64,000 bases of DNA. Source: Octopus vulgaris (Eukaryota). The notes beneath the pieces are model-generated. The model made no database searches. It saw only the letters and a program-made list of their open reading frames with translations, and was not told the DNA's origin. The stretch is taken from contig OX597814.1 in assembly GCA_951406725.2 (NCBI GenBank), positions 85,808,001 through 85,872,000 of the forward strand, in the 5' to 3' direction. A program made the translations under genes and the position numbers. Shown here in pieces: positions 56,157-64,000 of the stretch (positions are counted from its first letter, which is position 1; each line of letters begins with the position of its first letter).

Positions 56157-57275
56157 GAGACAGCAAGAGTGTTGATACGTATTATCGTGTTTTCCGCATT
56201 GAGCTCTGTTTTCAGTATTAATCTAACTCGTCTATAGTATTCTTTTTCATTTTTTCTTTCCTTTGTGTATGTTGTATCGTATCTAGTTCATTGATTCCTA
56301 AATATTTGTATGTCTGACTTTGGTGTAATTCTCTTATTTCATTTGCTTTATTTAGTGTGATGTTGCTACTCTTAACTAGTTTTCCTCTATTCAAATTTCA
56401 TGTTTAATTCTTTTGTAAATCCATGTACTCTCTGTAGTAATGTTTCCAGTTGTTTATCATTTATAGCGTACAGTTTTAGATCATCTATATATAAGAAGTG
56501 ACTGATTGTTTTGCCGTAACAGTTGTATCTACATCCAATTCTGTTTAGCATATCAGATAAAGATATCAGTGCCAAACAGAAAAGGAGTGGAGAGAGCGTG
56601 TCCCCTTGGAATATTCCTCTTCTATTGGAGATGTCTTTGGTTTTTATGAATCCCTCTTTTGTCTGGAGCTGAAGCACTATCTACCATTTATTCATGGAAT
56701 ATGTTATATATTTTATGATTATCGGTGCTACTTGTTCATGGCTAGTGTTTCTAGTATCCATGTGTAGGGAAAACTATTAAAAGCCTTTCGGTAATCGATC
56801 CAGGTCATACTTCGACCGTTCTTCTTTCTGTGGCTGTCTTCAGTTCTGGCTTTATTGATCATTAGCTGATCTTCACAGCCGTATGAACCCTTCTGCTCTT
56901 CTGGAAACATGTTGCTTTTTTCCAGATGCTTGCTCATTCTCTGCGATATTATTGCAGTAAGAGCTTTGTAAATTGTAGGGAGACAAATTATCGGTCTGCA
57001 ATTTCGTGGGTTTGCTGTTTCAGTGGATTTGGGAATTAGGATGGTTTTTCCCTTCCGTGAGTCATTAAGGCATTGCATCTGGCTCTGCTAGTATTTCATT
57101 AAATTTGTCAACCAGCTTTTTAGGTGTTCCAGTCAGGCATTTTAACCAGAAGTTGGGTATCTTATCGTGCTCGGGTGCCTTCTAGTTGCTTAGTTTTTGC
57201 AGTGTTTGGGTGACCTCTTCAGTTGTTATAGGGGTCCAGAGTTGTTCAGGTGCTGAGTTCTTTGTTTTGATAGAC
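56157..57275 (-). mobile_element. R4/Dong-like reverse transcriptase fragment, pseudogenised
   Basis: NCRPIICLPTIYKALT, EEQKG...GCEDQLMIN, WIDYRKAFNS, RGIFQGDTLSPLLFCLAL and HFLYIDDLKLYA; (TAA)n upstream. Confidence 0.85.
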
Positions 57276-57281
57276 ATTATA

Positions 57282-57324
<43 letters not shown>

Positions 57325-57347
57325 TATTATTATTATTATTATTATAA

Positions 57348-57417
<70 letters not shown>

Positions 57418-57638
57418 CTTCTCGAAAGGACGGTCGTGTGTGAAGCTGCTCCGTAAGTTTTGTGCCAATTTGATTGGAAATTTCTGTAAAAGTTTTTTAT
57501 ATTTTTCGATATTTGTGTGGCCAAGCCAACTAACTTATAGCGGAGCTAGTTGGCTCGGCAAAATTTTACCCCATTGGGGGTAAAATTACTGTTTGAACTT
57601 TACAATTGCAAAACATTTTACAAACCTTTTTAAACAAA

Positions 57639-59584
57639 ATGGCTATGAAGAGACCAGTCGGCTGTTCTCTTCTACCATCAATACCCCCTCCGCAAACATA
57701 CACATCACCAAACACGGTTCCAAACCGCCCACTTCGCGCCATAAAAAGCAACAAAAATTCTTCAATCGAAATTATAAGCACGTGCAGCGTTCGAAAGGAG
57801 AAAGAAAACCAGGATGTCACTTTCGACGTCATTGAAGATTTCCCTCCTCTTCCCTCCACCAATGCTCCGGTACCGGAGAAGGAGAGAAGAAAGAGCGTTC
57901 CAAAGAAAAGTGACAACGATGGCGTCACCTTTGACGTCATCGAAGATTTTCCTTCTTTTCCCTCCACCAGTGCTCCAGTACCGGAGAAGGAGGGAAAGAA
58001 AATCACCAGCAACCACATTGACACCACCACCAGCAACAACACAACAAGCCATCGTAGCAATTTCGCCTCCGCTGCAAAACAAAGCTCGGAGGAAGTAAAC
58101 GTTACGATGGAGGAAATCAAAAGCGCAAAGGAGTTGTTGACAAAAGAGGGGAACAGTGTTTTCCTCAATACACCTCAACAACTCATACATGACACTAACA
58201 AAAAGACAATATTTTACAAGGTTTTCGACAGAAAAAAACAAAAAACTAATTAACGCAACACCACAGCAACTTGAAATAGCTCTAAAGCCCATATGGGGCA
58301 AAAAAAGCTATGTCACCAGAGGGAAGCGTTTCGGAACCGTGGAGGTTCGTTTCCCAACAGAGGAGGATGCAAGGGCGCATGCCATTTCGCCCTTGCAAAA
58401 TGAAAATTTGTTGCTCGTTTCAACGTACCTCGGGCGGAGAGTAGCGAAAATAAAAATCGACATAGTCCCCCCCCCCCCGAACTAAATATATCATGGCTGG
58501 TGGCGGCTGTCCTCTATGACATAGAGGACACTGCCATTATTCTGGATGTACGGAGAGTGAAGGAAAAAACTGGTCAGGTATGGGAGTTCAACTGCTGGTA
58601 CAAATCCAGCAGGAAAACATTAATGCCATACCTGACTCGGTAAATTTGCCGGACGGCACCAGCCAGCACGTTGCTGTGGAGGGCGAAAGCCAAAATGTTA
58701 CTTCTGCAACAGCGAAAGCCACCTAAAAAGGGACAGCCTCATTTACAAGAAAAGAATGAAGGCAGACGGCAAGAGGCAGCAGCAGCAACAACAACAACAA
58801 CATCAACAACAACAGAAACAACAACAGCAAGAAACACCAAAGGCTGCCACACCACCAACACCATCACCACCACCACGACGAACGATACCACCTCCAACAA
58901 CCACCAAACCAACACCAACCCCAACACCAAGAAAAACAACAACAAAAAAGGAAGAAGAATCACCGACACCGTCACCATCACCAACAGATACAGCAACACC
59001 ACCACTACAAGCAGAACCAACAATTTTTCGCCCTGCTGCTGAAGCGGACCCGACAGCCATCTCCTTTCCGGATCAGGACAGCTCGGATTGTGCGAGCACT
59101 GATACCGAGAAAGGTGAATGACACACAGTACCTCCGAAGAAGAGGAGGAAGAAGCAAAAAGACACACAGGGGAAGCACGAACAAATAGTGCTTCCCAACA
59201 TCATCAACAACAACAACAACAACACACACAACAACAAACAACAACACTTTCGATACCACTACTGCCACTGCCACACACACACCAACACACACAGACACGA
59301 TTACAGCCATAAACACAAAAAATGAAAAACTGGTTTCATATATAAAAGACAACACAAGCACAAACATTACAGATTTTATAATACCTATACACAACATACC
59401 TCCAGCACACATTCTCACCATTAAAATAAACCAAAAGACATACGGTGACATAAAAGAGAAATTCCCTAACGATGTCGGATCGCTAGGGAGAAGTTTCTCA
59501 AAGAAACTTTATAAAAACATTATGGGAACACCCGTGCAAAAGCACAAGAGAGCCACTCCCACCACCACCAACAACAGTAAGTAG
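57639..59584 (+). pseudogene. LINE ORF1 (RRM-like segment, degenerate CCHC knuckle, P/T/Q-rich tail), frameshifted
   Basis: ORF pieces 57606-58253, 58156-58485 (GKRFGTVEVRFPTEEDA) and 58756-59121; CYFCNSESHLKRDS at 58696-58737. Confidence 0.7.
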
Positions 59585-59616
59585 AGCCTTTTTCTCCCTT
59601 TTTTTACCTTTGAAAC

Positions 59617-62061
59617 ATGGCAAAACTTAGAATCGGTTGCTTGAATGTGAGAGGCCTCGGGTCACCTTGGAAACAGGGTCACCTTGGAAACAGGGTCACC
59701 TGTTAAACGACCTGAGGTTTCATGATGTGGATGTAGCAGCCATTAGTGAAACCAGGCTCTCTGACCCGCAGAAACTCGCAGACCTTTTTGGCGGATACGA
59801 GATCTTTCTATCTCCGTGTCGGCCGGGAGCGAGTGGTGGTACTGCGGTGTTGTTTCGGAAGGGCCTGGACTTGAAAATAAGGACAGTCTTCCTGGATCCA
59901 GAAGGTAAGTTGGTGGTCCTCGACGTAGACGGTAGTGACGGCGGTGCTTTCAGACTGCTTGCTGCCTACACTCCGACAGGAGCAGGGCAGTCGGATTATT
60001 TCAAACGTCTGGAAGTTTTCCTGGGAACGTCACGCACTCTAGTGCTAGTTGGGGATTGGAACGTTGTCTTAGACGAACGTTTCGATCGGGTGGGCAGGGG
60101 AGCATCTGATAGGAGAGGGGAGGGTGCAAGAGCCTCGCCAACCTACTCGGGCGCTTTCAGCTGTCCGACAGGTTTCGACTAGACAACCCGAATGTGCCAA
60201 TGTGGACTTGGACCAATCGCATCGGGTCGTCTAGATCGTACTTAGATAGAATGTTTTGTAGGCCAGCGGATAAGGACAGCATAGGGTGTCCACAATTCCA
60301 CCTAGTCGACTACACTGACCACAAATCCGTGATCTGTACGGTCGACTTAGATAGGCTACATAGACAGGGACCCGGCTACTGAAAGTTGAACGCGTCGTTA
60401 ACGGCATGCAAAGCTTACAGAGACCGGATTAGTTTACTAGTTAAGCGGGCGCTCACGGGGGCAATCATCAACAACAACTGGTGGTTTGCCCTCAAGAGAG
60501 CAATTAGAGTAGAGTCGATTAGGTTTAGTAAGGCTCTAGCTATTGAACGTAGGAAGAGAGAGCGGGATTTAGTTAAGAAACTAGACGAAGCTCTTGAGAC
60601 TGGCATCGCAACCGACGTGTTAGCGGCAAGGTTGGCCCTCGACCAACACTTTGACACCAAACACGAAGGCTGCGTTGTCAGAGCTAAGGCACGTTCGCTA
60701 AGCGGGGAGGAGACTAGAGCCGCTCGATGGGCCCACGTGGCGGATGCGAAGCGAGGCAACAAAGCAACCATTCGGTCTTTGGTAGACCAGATCGAGCGTG
60801 AGGTTACCGAACCAAAGCAGATGTGTGCGGTGTTTCAGCGGCACTTTGCTCAACTGTTTGGGACGTGCGGTGGAACGGACAACGGTGCAGACTTTGGTGT
60901 GTACCTGGACGGCCTAACGCAACTCTCGGACAGCGAGGCAGAGTGCTGCGAAGGACCGATATCTGCCTGGGAAGTGGAAGAAGCAATTAAGAGTTGCACG
61001 AGAGGTAGATCGCCGGGTTTGGATGGTCTACCCTACGAGCTTTACACTTCAATGCCAGACTTGTTTGCGGGCCTGTTGGCAAACGTCTACTGCAACTGGC
61101 AGCAAAACGGGAGAATTCCTGCTTTTGTCTGTCGAGGGGTGGTGGATTTGCTGAGAAAGGACCCAAACAAGGGGGACGTTATAGGGAATTTTCGGCCCAT
61201 CACTCTGCTCAATGCAGAGTTGAAGATTTTGGCCAAGGTGCTAGCCAAGAGAGTGGCGCTTGTCGTGGATAAGCTGGTTGGCAAGACGCAGACATGCGCC
61301 GTGCCGACCAGGTCGATACACGACAACCTCCATCTCATGTGCTACATCATAGAGAGAGTGGGTAACGACGCTGGCGCGTGTGGGGCTTTGATCAATTTAG
61401 ATCAGAGTAAAGCCTTCGATAGGGTCGACCATCGGTACCTGGCAGCTGTTCTCAAGGCAGCCGACTTCGGTCCAGTCTTTCGCGGGTGGATCGCTGCTTT
61501 ATACAGCAACATCTGCTCGGTGATACGGGTGAACGGTCACCTTTCGGAACCGTTTGACATCTCGCGTTCGGTCCGCCAAGAATACCCTCTCTCCTCCCTC
61601 TTGTACGTATTGACTCTCGAGCCATTACTGCGCAAGTTGGAGGCTTTGAGGGGTACCCCGCGCGATCTAGGAGATGGAAACAGCATGTCTGCCTATGCCG
61701 ACGACGTCACCGTGATGGTGTCGAGCCACAGGGACATTGACCTGATTGGCGAGATGCTAAACGAGTACGAAGCGGTGACAGGGGCAAAGAATAACGCGGA
61801 AAAGTCTGTGGGCTTGCAACTGGGCACCTGGAGAGGCAAGCCCATGCCGTCCAACAGCGTCGTAGGGCGCTGGACAGACGGACCCGTTAAACTGCTCGGG
61901 GTCTGGTTCGGTCCGGACCTCCAGGTGGCTAAAAACTGGGAAGAAGTGACGAGCAGGGTGGCCAAACTCACCCAGAAATGGGCCGAGAGGAAGCTGTCCC
62001 TGAAAGGTCGAGCGGAGGTGGCGAATGCGTACATCGCATCCGTCATCTATTACCGCTTGAC
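59617..62061 (+). pseudogene. LINE ORF2 (AP endonuclease plus reverse transcriptase), disrupted
   Basis: MAKLRIGCLNVRGL, ISET, GDWN, SYLDR, TDH, SPGLDGLPYELY, NFRPITLLN, LDQSKAFDRVDH, RQEYPLS and YADD. Lesions: 17-nt duplication near 59660, frameshift near 60120, TGA for W at 60380, and truncation by a SINE-B-like piece near 62062. Confidence 0.92.
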
Positions 62062-63564
62062 CTCAAGTACTGAGGTCGATTTAATCGACTAAACCCTCCG
62101 TTCAAAATACGCACTTATAAAATTGTCAACATTTTCAACAAAATAAAAAAAAAATCACTAACCTGGCTTTTCAGCAGAGTTCTTTACTGACACCTTTCAT
62201 TTCAGGAAAGTTAGACTTTGTGGTGCAAATGTCAACCCCCAACCCCACTTAATATGTTTATTTCAATAGCGTTTAATATTACATTTATTTATTTATTTGG
62301 TAATTTGATAGATTTTATAACGGTCTGTTTCTCGTATTCAGTATATGCTGAAACGCCGTTGTGTTACTTATTTTAGTGATTATTCTGAGTTAATTTTTGG
62401 AATTTATCCCACATCCTACTGTAAATACTTGTTCAAAGCAGTCTCTAGTAAGGTTATTCTATTTATAATTTCAGTTTGATCTTCCCGTGTTTTCAATACA
62501 TTTACTCTCAGTCTCGGAGAATTTCTGTTACGTAAATGTTATGTGTTGGTTTCAAATTTTGGCACAAAGCCACAATGTTCTTTATATATTTCAATGATTT
62601 TAGTTCGCTATAAAAAATGGTTGCTTGTACTGTAATTTTCGAATGTCTTTTCTATTCGTGTTGACTCTTGCTATTTTGTAATGATTAAACTTTAGGTTGC
62701 GTCTTTAGTGTGTTGAATTTATGTACGATTGTCTTACTGTTTCATCATATATTTTTACTTAATTTTCTTTACGAGTTGTCCAAGTTGTATTCCTTCTTAA
62801 ATTCATCCTCATAACATAAGAACCAATTTTGTTTCTTCTTCGATCGTTGGAGTGATATAAATTTGGGATTTTTGCAGTCTTGCTTCCAGAATTTCAATTT
62901 ATTTTGTGAAAGCGATCGTTCGGGGTTTTTCTTACTTGATAATCAGTAGCTTTGTATTTTCATGTACATATTATGGTTCTTTATTTTAGTAGCTCTACAT
63001 TCATGTTCATCTTATTTAAAGATGTTTGTTTCTGTGGTTTTTGTTGTTCTATGTCTTCTGTTATTGCTTTAATATGCAGTCTACAAGGTAAAATTAATGG
63101 AGTACAGTTCAGCTATTTTTCATAAATGTTAAATGAAGGGTTTATTATTGCATTTGACTATAATCCCAAAAGCAAATTTTAGTTGTTACTGATGTTTGTT
63201 CTAGATCTGCTAATTCTACTTTTAGTAAAATATGTTGAATGCCAATACTTCCTTCTTTTAAAAGTCACTGTTCTGATCTAATCATTATACTTCCAGCATG
63301 TTACATAATTCTTACATATTAAACTTGATTGCTAGTTGCTCTTCTATTTTTAATGCCGTTAGTACAAAACGCAGAAGAACAAATAGGCTGAGCTTAATCT
63401 ATAAAATAAAATACTTGACTGTCTGGAAAATTAGATCAGATAAACCAGATTGCTACTCTGCAAACGAATGATAGTACACCGGCAGCAAGTTAATTATAAG
63501 AATACTAGAAAAGTTCCGTTAAATGGACATATAGCAATATGTGCAGTAATAAGTCTACAATATT

Positions 63565-63760
63565 GGTTTCAAATTTTGGTAAAAGGCAAGCAATTTTGGG
63601 ATAGGAGTAAGGAATAAGTCGATTACATCGGCCCCAGAGCTCAACAGGAATATATTTTATCGACCACGAAAGGTAAATTCAACTTCATTAAATAACCTCA
63701 GAATTTAAAGACAGACGAAGTGCCACTAAGTGTTTTTGCCCAGCGTGCTAACGAGTCTAC
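63565..63760 (-). mobile_element. SINE family B, diverged
   Basis: AGTCGATTACATCG...TTTATCGACCACGAAAGG...AAAGACAGACGAA...GCGTGCTAACG. Confidence 0.65.
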
Positions 63761-64000
63761 CTATTAAAATATTTAAGATATTTTCTATTTATAAATGTTC
63801 TGGTTTAACTATCGAGCAACAACGAATCAACAATGAAAAACAATTTAAATCTAAGCCATGTTTAAAGGACTGATTATCGATCACTGTATCGCTGATTATT
63901 ATAAAGAACACTGTTGTACAAAGACATGTCGTTGGCTTTAAAGCTTTTAAAGATATTTAGAAAACAAGCTACACATTCTCCTTGAATAGCGAACTAAATA

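Larger units (their letters stand above)
57418..62061 (+). mobile_element. Tx1/L1-clade LINE: 5' UTR, ORF1 and 3'-truncated ORF2
   Basis: Two-ORF architecture with AP endonuclease and RT; see the ORF entries below. Confidence 0.9.

Noticed and set aside
60386-62092. 568-aa ORF as an active reverse transcriptase gene
   Set aside because: Upstream frameshifts and a stop, a mutated QG motif (RQEYP) and a 3' truncation make it a dead LINE copy.
62200-63350. T-rich tract resembling an old minus-strand Penelope ORF (likewise 17050-17620)
   Set aside because: Only faint motif traces; not enough to annotate.

Overview
AT-rich, microsatellite-dense eukaryotic (animal) non-coding DNA. The repeat make-up looks like a cephalopod such as octopus (inference from sequence character, not a database result). 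There is no prokaryotic content, no CRISPR array and no intact host gene; most ORFs in the supplied track are microsatellite read-throughs. The window is largely decayed mobile DNA: a near-full but broken Tx1/L1-type LINE (57418-62061), an ORF1-only relative of it (1-996), R4/Dong-like fragments in (TAA)n, an RTE 3' end, several Penelope-like (GIY-YIG) remnants, a Tc1 transposon, MITEs, non-autonomous Helitrons and at least five tRNA-derived SINE families. The most notable hidden signal is a set of seven minimal type-I hammerhead ribozyme motifs (three well preserved, four decayed) in several unrelated repeats. One sits inside a tRNA-headed SINE (55879-56154), giving a Pol III promoter plus ribozyme, retrozyme/SM-alpha-like element. 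Also noted: a 560-nt hairpin-rich non-coding element and two weak candidate host exons. Repeat boundaries were read by eye and are approximate.
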